This document shows positions 28,049 through 40,800 of a DNA stretch of 64,000 nt, one piece after another (position 1 is the first letter of the stretch; every line of letters begins with the position of its first letter). Under the pieces are notes generated by a model that did no database searches, had not been told where the DNA came from, and saw only the letters and a program-made list of their open reading frames with translations. The stretch lies in the NCBI RefSeq assembly GCF_037042905.1, contig NC_087251.1, positions 24,368,001-24,432,000 on the forward strand, given 5' to 3'. The DNA comes from Lytechinus pictus. Lineage: Eukaryota. The translations under genes and the position numbers were made by a program.

Positions 28049-29820
28049 AATTGCAGCCACCGACACTCTAGTTAGCTTTGATGTTTGCTCACTCTACATC
28101 AATGTACCAATCAATGATGCTTGCAACATTATAGAGCAATAACTGAGCTCCGATCCAGAATTCAAAGCACCGGAACTATTCTCAGTCAAGACCAAATCTA
28201 CTATCTTCTCATCACATGCTTAAATACAAATATATTCAGATGGTGCTCTGACTTCTACAGCCACCTGAAAGGTACAGCCATGGGTTCTCCACCGTCCCCC
28301 GTAGCCAATATCTTTATGAACCACTTCAAACACCAAGTCGTTAACAGCACTGACAAATGTCCTTCTGTCTTGCTAGAATATGTTAACACATTTGTCATCT
28401 GGCCTAACCAACGCTTTCGAGATCACATCAACGACCACCAAATTGACATTAATTCCCATGAAGACCAATCTTGATGATGCTATGCACTTCCTAGATGTTC
28501 TCATCATGAAGACACTATGCTACCCATCTCATCAAGTCTACCAGAAACCCTCTCACACTGACTGCTACATCAACTTCCACTCTCATCATCATACCTCCAT
28601 TTTTCAGTCAATCCCAAACACCCTCATCAGATCCCCTTATCAACTAAATGACCAGGGTCATCTCCATCAGGAACTCAACTTTGTGACCAACACTGTCACT
28701 ACCATCAACCAATACCCAGGGAGGAAGATCATCACCAGACCTAATAGTGTCATCAACAACCATCCAGTGACTCTAATATCCCTACCAACCATCAAGCCTC
28801 TACCATCCCTCCTGTTACCATAGTTTTCCTTACCTCTGCAAGACTTCACATCAACAACAGCACATGCTCTGTTCAGCCAAAATTCTCATTAGGAACAGAT
28901 CCTCGTCCAAGATTCACTGAATCCTCTTATTCACACAAGGACAAACACCCATCCAACAAACAGCCAGGCTTTTACAAGATCCATGCAAGTGACTGCTACA
29001 AAATTTACATCGGGAGACAGGAATAGACTGACACCAGACGAAAGGAACACAGAACCTACCAATAACTCGGCGAATGGATCAAATCAACCGCCATCAAGCA
29101 CACACAGCACAACCCCAACATCAACTGGGACAACAGCCATCTCATCACCAGCATACCTTACTGGCACTTAAGAAGGATCTCAGAAGCAAATGAGATTCAC
29201 CAACATGACTCCACAACACAGGCCTCCACATCAACATTTGGCACCCAATCCTACACCAAGACACAAACCCATCTAATACTAACACTCCAACTATGGCCAC
29301 TCCTTCCACTCAAACCAGCACCTGCACCAATCCTATCAATGATTATTCACCCATCCAAGGACCACCCCGCTAACCCTCTCACACAATCCAGCACCACAAA
29401 CCCAGCACTAAGATTACCAATTCCACCGCTGATGCAAACCCCACGCTATAACCTACTCCCACCCAATGGCCACCAGTCTGCTTTCGTGCCAAGAAGTTCC
29501 CACCAAATAGTGCCACTACCGACGATCTGCCACACCAGCGGCTTAGAAGGCATCGGATTACACCCAAGTCTGTTTAACGGCCACTGATACCCCTGCCATC
29601 CAAACTCACTTAAATCCTGAGGATGGAGAGTCGAGCTGGCTGGATGACCGAGACTCCTCAATACATCTCCTCTCCACTGCTCATCTACTCACTGCAGCTA
29701 GGACTTCTCAATTCATCTCAACCCATCTTATTTTCTCAACTGGTCATCTACTCATCGCTGCTAGGACTTCTCTAATTTTCTCAACTACCCACACAGTGAA
29801 CCGTAATCCTTCCCATTAAC
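28049..29820 (+). mobile_element. Decayed, 5'-truncated Penelope-like retroelement (RT + GIY-YIG endonuclease)
   Basis: Frameshifted translation gives LVSFDVCSLYINVP, KGTAMGSPPSPVANIFM, YVNTFVIW (YVDD motif decayed), FLDVLI, VYQKPSHTDCYINFHSHH, then PGFYKI(P)C..C..IYIGETG, in the order typical of Penelope/Poseidon ORFs. Confidence 0.9.
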
Positions 29821-32800
29821 ATACATGGCATAATTCCATATCTGTATGTCACCAGAAGCGAGACCTTTGAAAAAGATTCATTTGAGTCACTTTGTGAATT
29901 GGAGGAATGGAGGAATTGTCCTTACCTAACATGAAAATGATTTCATCTACGGATGAATGGACCAAATGGAAATCTCCATAGATATAGTGACTGAAAGCTT
30001 TTATCACTTGAATATTCATAACATACTTATTCATTACTTATCTTTACATTTCTTATTAATTCCCCCCCCCCCCCCACTTCTTAAGTCTTGTCATTCTAAT
30101 CAGCTAAATGTATATTAATTTTCATGAACAATGAAACTGTATTCTGGTTTTGCCTTGAGAGATTTAATTTCAATAAATTTATAATTTATTTGCCTTGTAT
30201 TATTCCGTGGAATTGTTTCAAACTTTCACTCATCTGCTTCGGCTTTTTCCTTGTTTTAAAGCAATTTTCAACTTGGGTTGAATTTCCCTTTAATGTACGA
30301 TAAGTATTGTGAACATAACAATTAACAGTTTATATAGCAATTATCATGGTTTAGAATACCCTCTTTGAAATTTACAAGATGCCCTCTTCTGTGGTTAATT
30401 GTAAAAAGGCCGCTATTTCCTAGGTATAGCTTGATCTTTTTGTGAACCCCACCCCCTCCCTACTGTTTCCATTGCACCCACTTTTCATACCATCCACTGA
30501 TCACTTTAAAGACATAAAAAATTTAAAAGGCTAAATGCAAGATATAATCAACCGGAGTGCATTACCTGACTATGCATGTAAAATTTCAGTAAAGTTATAA
30601 AACTGAGGGAGTTTCCCTACTTGATGGCTTTGCTGAATATAAATGAGATGCAATGCGAGGCTCAAACGATATTAACCTTTCCCATACATTTTAAGGATCT
30701 CATGGAAAGCAATCAGTTTAAAGCTTGTATCAAGTGTTGGTAAATCTACATATAATTCATTTCAATGTGTTAATTCATCACCAATGATGAAAGATTATAT
30801 CATGTGAAAGACACAATCTCCAATTTCATGTATAATGGTATTAAAGTTTATTATTACCCTAAACTATCTTAAGTTTAAAAAAAGAAATTGGTCCCTGATA
30901 ACTTTTTTTCATTTCAGTATCACTTTAAAAAATGGAATGGGAATTTTATGAGACAAGTTATATACTATTAACTGGATCAAGGAGGCCTTTTCAAGTTTTC
31001 CATAATTAATCGGCTAAATTGCCCACTCTTTGAATAATTGACAAGTCAACAAAACTAAGAAGTTTATGAAAAATTCTGAGCTAAGTATGGAATAGATTAA
31101 AATGTAATACATGGGATAGGAATATTGATAGGGATATCAGTATTGTGTACAAATGAATGTACAAGACTGCAAAATATTAATCCCCCCTTTAACAATTCAG
31201 CCTGTTTGTTTTAAATTCTACTTTCAATAAAATATTGATGACCATGGAATTGTCTTATTGATACGTTCTCAAAGACATCAATACATTCTCATTCACAGAC
31301 AATTTCAACTACAATTATACCGACGTTGTAAGCATTAATCAACCAATTTATCAATTAATTCTTGTCACTGAACTGGAGGACATAGATAAAAAGGTAGTTG
31401 AAATGGGTGAAAATTAGAATCATACAGGAAAATTAAACATGAGATTAATTTTGATGAAATGTACCTTGGAAAGTGTGAACAAGTCAATAAAATCCCTAAC
31501 AAAAACTAACCCTGGATTGGATCATGTTTTACCGCTGAGATTTTAATTACATTGTCGCAGTAACATGATGTGGGTCGGGGCACGTATCATGAACACGCAA
31601 GTAACTTGGAGCCGCCATTGTTTGTGTTACATATACTGTTGCCACGGCGACTATAAGATGCCTAGAAACACTATATGATGGCGATCAAACAACGCCTCTC
31701 GTCTGGTGGCATGTTGCTTTGCCCAACCCAATTGCAACACAAATAGAGGATCCTTAGATAGCATAGGGCTGCTGGGATGGAGAGAGGGCAGGAAAAGTGG
31801 ATAGGAAGAAGAGGAAAAGAAACAGGAAGTTTAACAAATTAGAGATAGAAAGGATGGATTTCAGGGAAAGGTAATACATACTCAGAAGAGAAACAGTAAG
31901 ATGTGGTCGGGGGGGGGGGGGGTGGTCAACAGCAGAAATACAAATACGCAAAAGTGACAATATATGACAAATAGGAAGAAAGTCAGAGAGATAGAGACCA
32001 ATCAGTTCATATAAAAGGCTGAAATATAATTGGAAAAAAAGAAAGCTGGATTCAGGGGCATTTACAATACTACATTTACTTTTATGCATGAAGGTCATTA
32101 TTCCACAGGATATTGGACAGAACTCCCTAGAAATATCACTTTATATATATGAATCTTCTAGTTGGTATATTAAACTACACACAAAATATATTAAATATAT
32201 TATCATGATCGGCTATGCCCATAACTACAGTGGACGCTTAGAAATGGACATAAGTAAGATAGCTGGAATACCACATCACTGTCAATGTCAGTAGAATATG
32301 AGCTTGAAGGAGGAGTTGAAAGTGAAATGGGCATGTCATAAGACGTAACATGGATTCTCAGGAAGAGATCAGTGATGGCATCATCCTCTCAATCCTATAT
32401 TGCCTGATCCGCTATTATTAGGGCTTATCAAAACATCTCGGGGATTACGCTCTGGTGTACTCTGCCAACAGTGCAGCTAAACCCAGGCCAATTTAGACCC
32501 GTCAGCTCTCCTAGCCTGCAACATGAATGCTCAAATTTCATATAGGGTCCGACTCTGACGGCTGAAATCACATGACTAGCACTTGCTGGTGTATACTTTG
32601 AGTGAGATATGAATTGTTCTGTGTTTGCAACCTAGTGGGGTATTGCATTGTGATGAAGAATAAGACACACTCACATTAGTACCCAATGTTTTTCATTCAA
32701 GTTATAAACATTAATGATTGCAACATGACAAAACTATAGGTGCAAATAAAGTCTTCTCACCTTCAGGTCATGATATACATCTTTTTTGCAAAGATAGCTT

Positions 32801-33269
32801 CTCAGTGGCTAGCTTTCAATGGCTTTCCACCTCAAAGATTTCATCAACTTAGGACAAAGAAATAATTGGATTTTAAAAATAAAACTTCAGTATTTTTTTC
32901 AATGAACGTGCAACATAGACAAGGTTTAATTCATCTTTAATCAGACCTTGCCCCTGGTCATGACATGATTATGCATCAAAGTCCCTCCACATCAAAAGGA
33001 AATTACTTCAACAACTCTGCCTATACTTTGATGTGGAAATTGAAAGTCCACATATTTCATGGAATACATTCAGGGATGAATTGCATGGAGGCGTAAAGGG
33101 TGAAAGGGTGCTTTCCCTACATTATGAGTATCCAATCTTCTCACTATAATATAAATCTAATGAATCGCATCTCCTACATCACAACTGAATGACAGAGGTA
33201 GATAACACCACATGGTCTGTTGGTTTAGGCACACTGCCCAATATTCCCTAGAGTGTTTGATATATTGGA

Positions 33270-34843
33270 TCAACTACTGTTCTGTACTGTAGTAGGTGGT
33301 CCACTTGACGTAACAGGCTTTGCTCGTAGGTCTAGTGGGGCAACCTGGCCTGGTGACTGCCTACCTGGACTCTTGTGAGAAGGGGATTTAGAGTTGGCAT
33401 TGAGGCCAAGAATGGACCTGCTGCCTTGTGTAGCATTCACAGGAGATTTACTTCCGTGGGCAGAACTTACAGTAGGCTTGCTCTGAGAAACACTTCCAGG
33501 AGATTTGGTGCTCAGTGTAGAGCCAACTGGAGACTTGCTGATTACAGTAACACTTACAGGAGATTTGCTACGATGTGCCGAGCTGACTGGAGATTTGTTA
33601 GTTATAACAACACTTACAGGAGACTTGCTACCATATGCTGCACCAACTGGAGACCTGCAAGCATTGGCAGGAGAGACGGGGGACTTGTTACGATGGACAG
33701 GGCTAATAGGTGAAACGTTGCTCTGAGGAGCAGCAATGGGAGTATCACTACTTTGAGTTTTACTAACAGAGGATTTTCCAGGATTGGGAGAAGTAACTGG
33801 GGACTTGCTGGTTTGGGTGGCACTTACAGGAGACTTGCTGCCATGGACAGACATAACAGAAGATTTGCTGCTAGATGCAGCACTGACAGGAGATTTGCTA
33901 CGTCGACCAGAGCTAACAGGTGACTCACTACGGTAAAAAGAGCTAATAGGTGACTTGGCACGGCGTGGTGAATATTGAATAGGAGACTTTGGTGGTTCTC
34001 CCGACTGTCCCATAATTTTAAGTTTTGACTGCTGCAGTAGTGCTTGTGTTTCCAATTTCGAAGACTGTGTGTTCAAGGTACAAGGCTGTTTTCCCGATTC
34101 TATTTTCATAGTCACACTGTTATCAGGGTTTTTATGCTGAGCAACATTTCCTTGAATCGCTGTTTTTTCAGGGTTGCTTGTCACCAAGAGTCTTGTGTCT
34201 TTGAGCACGGCAGTAGTAGGTAATTGTCCAGTAGTCTGTTGGACACGCAATGTAGGGTTTGGATGAGATTCTTTGGGAGGACCATGCTTATCAGACTTGG
34301 CTATACTGATATGGTAAGATGTTTTCCCTTGATCTGCAGCTTTCTGGTTACTTACCACTGACAGGATTGATTTGTTAGGCATCTGACCTTTCACCATGGT
34401 CACTTCTTTGCCAGATACAAGTGTCTTCCTGAGAGTAGAATTAACATTGACTTCTCCTTTTATTGGACTAACAAGGGGAGAAGCTTTTCCTGGACTTGAC
34501 ACTTTAGGAGGTGAGTTCTTCACCTGAGTTCCATCTGAGTTTGATTTCAATGAAGTGGACTTTTCTATCCTGGGAGAGATCTTTGTTCCAACTGAACCAT
34601 CGCTTGTGCTAGATTCTCTAGGTGATTTACTTTCTTCTGTCTTTGAACCATCTCTGCTTTGCAATGGCTCAGGTTTTCCGGTTGTCATCTCTTCAGATGC
34701 TGGTTTGTGAGATGTCTGCGGAGCCATCTTTGCAGGAGATACTGAAGACCCAGGTATTGATTCTGTTGATGGAGACTTGAGTCCTTCTGATGTAGCTATG
34801 CTGGAAGGAGTGGCACTTGCTGGACTACTGGATTCTTGTTTAC
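33270..34843 (-). CDS. Large, probably terminal, coding exon of an unidentified gene; S/P/K-rich disordered region with ~20 x 10-aa KSPVS repeats and a C-terminal PLDLR motif
   Basis: The 485-aa ORF stays open upstream of the annotated ATG (KQESSSPASATPSSIATSEGLKSPSTESIPGSSVSPAK-MAPQ...) up to a strong acceptor tctgttttattttccag|GT at 34843 (phase 1). Stop TGA at 33270-33272. By far the longest ORF in the window, with coding-like composition. Confidence 0.85.
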
Positions 34844-37800
34844 CTGGAAAATAAAACAGAACAGTGAATTAAAGAAAAGACCACAATCACAACTGACAAT
34901 ACTTTTTATTATGAACAAGTGCCCAACTATATACTTTTTTCTATAGTAACAGTATAAAAGCAAAAGTTTCTCTCAGAAAGTTTTTATTGCTTTTTAAAAA
35001 AACTTGCTTCGTCCTTTAAATCTCAATCCCTCCACAAAATCTCTTATACTGCTGGTTCTAACATTTGTAGAAAATAAAAATGTCCATATTTCTTCAACAA
35101 AAGCAAATTCAACAAGATAAAAGATAGAGAAGACAATGTCAGTAAGCTTAAATTTAACCAAATTTTTATTATTTATTATCACATTTCTGTAAGTACAGTC
35201 AGAAGGAATAAGATTGTGAACATGGAAGTACATGTTAGCAAGATAAACTTGGTAGGAGAAAAAAAAGAGCAATTCATAAGTTTTTCCCTCAACTCCAAGG
35301 GTGAGCTGAGCCTTTAAAAGCATCCTGCCACCCATCCCATTCATTGTAGCAATGCATCGCGGCTAAGCAGTCACATGGGTATTTTCAGAATAAGCACACG
35401 CAACTGCCATCACATGATCACTTCAATTCCTGACATCATGCATCCCGGGGTCTCTAACCACGCCACCTTCTCTTGTTTTCTCTCTCCATCTCTTCCAGTG
35501 CTCTCTCTTTCTCTTATCCCTGCTCATTGTACCCATCCACCTCTTCTCCTCTCCTTAGCCCTCTTCTTTGACATCCCTCTCTCTCTCCCGCTACTCTCTC
35601 AACGGAATCCAGGGGCCTGCTAGTGCTGCTAGTGAACATTTGTCGTATTTTGGCTCGCAGCCAGACCTTTCATCATCATCATCACTGGCATCATCATCAT
35701 CGTCCTCCTCTTGATCGTGGCGATCCCTCTTGGTTGTCATTATGCATGCATGTGGCGTGCCCCCTGGCCGCGTGTGCTCCTTCCTGCCATGGTGATTTGC
35801 ATGTAGAATCGGATCAAGCTATCATTCAACCGACTGCTTGCATTCAATCAGTCCTCATTACCAATGCACATCAACATCCTTGGCTCTCTATCTATCTATC
35901 TATCTCCTTCTTTCTGCTTACTATGCAGGAAACAATTCCTGTTTTTCTCAGATTTTTTTCTGAGCAAATTCACATTTACAATCCGGAAAGACAATTAGGA
36001 AGGGTGAAAGAAGTGTGTAGCAAGGTCTCTATTTGAACATGCTACATACCCAATTCATACATTTCTTAAACATTTATTTTGGGATAATAAATATTCATAT
36101 AAAATAAGCCTCTAAACATCTTTATAAGAAGTTGTTTTGAGCTTGCAAAGAATAAAACAACTAAATAACCCCCCCCCAAAAAAAAAAAAGATTAGAAGCT
36201 TGAATGTTTCTAAAATTGTTAATATCAGTAATAATAGTAATGATGTTCATGTAGATTTAGCTGCAAATCTTTCAGTTATTAGAAAAGGAAAATTTAATTT
36301 ATCAAGATTAAGAATAATACCTGAGATGTTGATAAATGTCAGGCAAAGCCTCCAGTAGAATCCCCACCCCTAGCAGTCTACCTTTCCCTTATTATACATT
36401 CCTATCAACGTGTGCAACTGTATCCACTCTGCATCTTTCATTCAGAAAATGGATCGTTGCCATCACTTTCATTCTGGTTGCATCTTTCTCAATTGCTCAA
36501 ACCAATTTCCTTGAGAATCAGTACAGGTATCCCTGCAGGCATAAACCACTTGGCTGTTACACAGTATCACCATACCAACTCAAATTCTCCAGGAAAGTGT
36601 TCAAATAGCAAATCAAGCAAACAAGCTAATGATCAAATGGATTCATCCTTAAATGGTATCCTTGCCCTTCTACATTGGGAAAAAATGAGACAAGCTTTCT
36701 GGTTTAATCAAACAGTGGAAGGCTTGTCAGGTAAAAAAGTATAAGCTATTTCTTGGAAGAAGTTTCATGTAGGAAGGAATTTACTGAACCCACAAGACGA
36801 TTGACTGCAAAAACGTCAAAATAACGCCTTTGATATACAAAATATCCCCACGAGATTAATGCAAACTTAATTTGGCATGAACAAAAATAGAAAACATAAA
36901 GCCTGTTGCTTAGAAGTCAAAGTATTAGAGTAAAACAAATGCTGATGAACTCTCAAGCTTGTTAAAATAACAGAAACATTTGAATTACAAATACATTCAT
37001 CCCTTCACACACATCTACAAAAAAAAAAGCATATTGGCTGTGTAAAACATAATTGCAAGAACTTATTCAAGGCTTCATGTATCAATCATTGACTCATGAG
37101 ACAACAAAATAATCCTTTATTTTTGCAAATGGTGTACCAGTAACTTCATGGGGGGCAATGTGGAGATTACAAAGATGCTTTTTATACTAACATTTCTTCA
37201 TGCATTTTATGACAATGATCAGTATAGATCACTGAACTTTTAAAACAAACCGATTTGGGGAAGGGAAAGGGGTTTCCCCCCCCCCAATTTGTTGAAGTTC
37301 AACATCATTCATTGCTAGACAAATATAGGATGCAGGATTACTTATATTGAAAATGGTATCCCGCTTTTAGAGAGAATGAAACCATAAATGAGAGAAAATA
37401 CGACTGGATAAAAAACAAAATAATTAATGAAGACGAACACAACCTATGCAGAAGCAGAATGATACAAAATGCTGAACATAAATCCTTCTTGAGGCGAAAG
37501 CACAAACATACAAGGGAATATAGATAATCACCCTACTTTGGCTCATCTGTTATTTTATCACCCTCTTGCCATTCAAGTAGTTTATGATAGTGTGGGCATA
37601 CAAATACCCTAAATGTGGAGGCTCACTAATGCAGGCATCTTTGCTTCCTCTCCAATAAACCACTGAGAAAAGATTCTCTGGAACAAAAACTTTGGATTTA
37701 GAGCTCACTAGAGCTCACAAAAGACCCATATATTCCACTCATATCTTGTACATAATATACTTTCTCTTCATCCACGATAAAAACAGAACTAGGCCTACAT

Positions 37801-40800
37801 GACATCTTTGACCGAAGGATGTCATGTTGCAAATCCTTAAAATCATTACAAGACCAAGTATATGGGTTTGGGATTGGGTGTGTGATTTAGTGCTGATGCA
37901 TAAAAAAAATTATGAATATGAAATATTGTATTTAATTGTTTTTTAAGATTATAAAATACATTCTTTGTACAGTAGAAATTTGTAATAGATATTTCTACCT
38001 TTTTAAGACAATATTATTCCCATTTCAATGATGAAATACATCATATATATTTTTTTTAAATACAGGGAAGATCCTTGAGTCTGAAATCAAAGCTAGTGAT
38101 ATCGCAGAATCATCGTTGCTATGTATGCAGTTTGGTGTGATGGGTTGGGAGGTGGCGACACCACTGTCAAATTAGCTGCTTAATGGATTGCAGATGCAAC
38201 GATCGGCACGTGCCACTTCATCCAGCCAGTAACCCAACCCCACCATCCAAATTCATATCTCAATCCTACCAAAGGTGATTCATCTAGGTTGTCAAATTAT
38301 ACGGAATTGCTTCTTAGAACATTCTAACGAGTTACATTCATGTAATCAATTGGATCATTTTGAAAGTGGTAATGGTGACCAGACCGGAATCTAGATGTAT
38401 AGATGATTCACCCTTCTCACATTACCATGATCATCTTTATAAAGTGTCTCATCCAAGCTGCACTTCTCTTAATAAATTTGAAGTGTAACAGTAATAGTAA
38501 CTAAGTGGCTTAATCAACTGATTCTTAGTAACAATAACATAAACCACCCTGTAAAGTACCCGTAAAGTGCCTTAAACTTCATTAAATAATACTCTTTCAC
38601 ATCAAAGCGTGATGTTCCAATGATAATGTTACGACTCATCGAGTCCTTTTCAAGGGCATTTGCAGTGTCTGTATCATTATACCAATTATTTACCCTTCAA
38701 ATTCTTAAGATAATACAACCCTGAACTTCACATCATGCATCTCTAATTAAATGCTTAGTAACCCGTCATCTACATACAGTACTTTCATCGCTTCATCTTG
38801 TAACTATGACAACCACCACCCTCTCCCTCCTACATCAATGAAGACACAAATTGGCTTTATACCTTACATTCATACCATTGATGCGTTTATACGTTGTGAA
38901 AAAGTGCAATGACATTTGCAGAGTTCCTCCCAATATTTTCTGCTCAGCTGAGCATTGTGATAGCGAGGATTCGTACCAAACAGAATTAACGCCTAACAAG
39001 ATTATTTCATATAAGTGACTCTGTACGAGCACAGCAAACAAACGGATTACATGGCTGCGCAATGAGAGCCCTACAGATTAGTGGGAATTCAGGGTTCTTG
39101 TAATCATTTTGCAGGGTGACGCACCGTTTAAATAAAATAGGCATTTGAAGACCCCTCAAGAGTGTTGGCCTCTTTTGGGTCATGCATTCAAATATCCTTA
39201 TAACTTGCCCACCGCCCCACCCACCAATTACCCAATCCAACTTGCAACTGCTTTTGTTTCAATACAGATTCGACTTAAGGTGTAGAATGTGGGTTGGGTG
39301 AATGTGTGGCTGCATGGATGGGTGAATAAAAATAATTCCTGTGAATGTACAAATACTATGATCAAATATGAAAAGTTATGAAATTGAGGTTTATGAAATC
39401 AATAAGGGTTTGTGATATCCTTTGAATATTTTCCTCATTTCAATCTATTTACCCACCCACAAAAAGAAAAATTAATTGAATTGAATATACTAATTTTTTA
39501 AGTAGAAAAATTAATAAAATGCAAAATGGTAAGGATACCCTAAAAGACAAGATTTGATATACATTTTAAATTGGTATTTGCAAAAAAAGGGATAAAAAAC
39601 ATGTATAAGCGACTATTTGGGTAACACTATGTTTCCAAAGGTGGAGGGGATTGATGAAAGTACATGTTGCAGGGGAGGGAGATACTTTCTTGTTGCCTTA
39701 CTACAGAAAGCTGAGGATTGATAAAATTATGAATAATTTGTTGCAAAGTATGTTGTAAAAATTTGTTCCACAAAACTTTGGATAGTGAAAATAATTCACA
39801 AATGTGTTCATTACAAAATGGATGGGTGATTAACTATTTCTGAACACTTAAGAAAATAGAACTTTGTCACCCAACGTCTAAACAAGACTAGAGAAATAGA
39901 TGGGAATTTCTCTATTTTGTAGCTATGCTAGGACCTTCAAAATCAATTTATGTGAGTATTGGTTGTCATAAGAAATATTGCATTTATTTAGAAGTTGTAT
40001 ATGTGGTTGTGCAATTCTCATGGCTACAATGTAAACAAAGAATAAACAACTCAAATGGCACCTTCAGTCTCCAAGTTTGGAAATCTCCAAGGAGATTCAA
40101 CGCTTTCAGTAATAAGTAATGGAAATAAAGTTTGGATAGATGGAGACAGGAAATTCTGACGTTAGTGACAAAAAGAGCAACAGAAGCAAGTAATTGATGA
40201 GTTTGTTCAAAGCACTTAAGTTTTTACTTCAATGGATTGGTTTCCTGTTATAAATCCATTCTTCAAAACCTATTGTAGTCTCTGTCTGCTCTAGGTAGAA
40301 GCGCTAAACTTTGTATAGAAATAACTGACGGGAATTCAATTGTTCAATCATTGGTGGAGTGAAAAGAGAATAAGAAGGTGATGCGCTTTTCATGATCAAT
40401 ACATGTTCACCTAATCTGCATCTCGACTTCTGGAGCAATAAGACAGCTTCGGCACCGCACTTGGAGAAACATTAAAAATTCATGTTGTGCCTTATGTAAG
40501 GTGAGAGCGTGAGATCACTCCCCGAGACTGAGTATGGCCTTGCTTGCCTTGCCCGTTCACCCCCCCTCAAAAAAAAAAGTAGAGAAAAAAAAACCCGTTC
40601 CTAATCCACCAATAACAGGGCACCTGGAGGATGTTGCAGCAATCCGATCTCAACGCGCCTCCAATTTCAAACGAACTGCTTTGACCGACTGTAACTCTAC
40701 ACCATACCCTAAGCCATTATGATGCACCTAGCTAGTGTATCAGCTTCTTCCTCTGAGCGGGACACTCTTGTCTTCTTCTGCAACTGCCTAAAATCCCCCG

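Larger units (their letters stand above)
26147..30293. mobile_element. TTAA-flanked non-autonomous DNA transposon (Kolobok-like MITE) split by the Penelope pair; halves ~26147-26428 and ~29821-30293
   Basis: Left end (c)taaaggggaatc, right end gaatttccct-ttaa. Degenerate long TIR similarity (agtttgaaa.aa.tc) and resemblance to the element at 4446-4927. Confidence 0.6.

Noticed and set aside
33375..33823. Overlapping or antisense ORFs with repeats
   Set aside because: Shadows of the 30-bp coding repeat in the real minus-strand exon.
35623..36036. 137-aa His-rich plus-strand ORF
   Set aside because: GTG start; His runs come from a (CAT)n microsatellite; no homology recognised.
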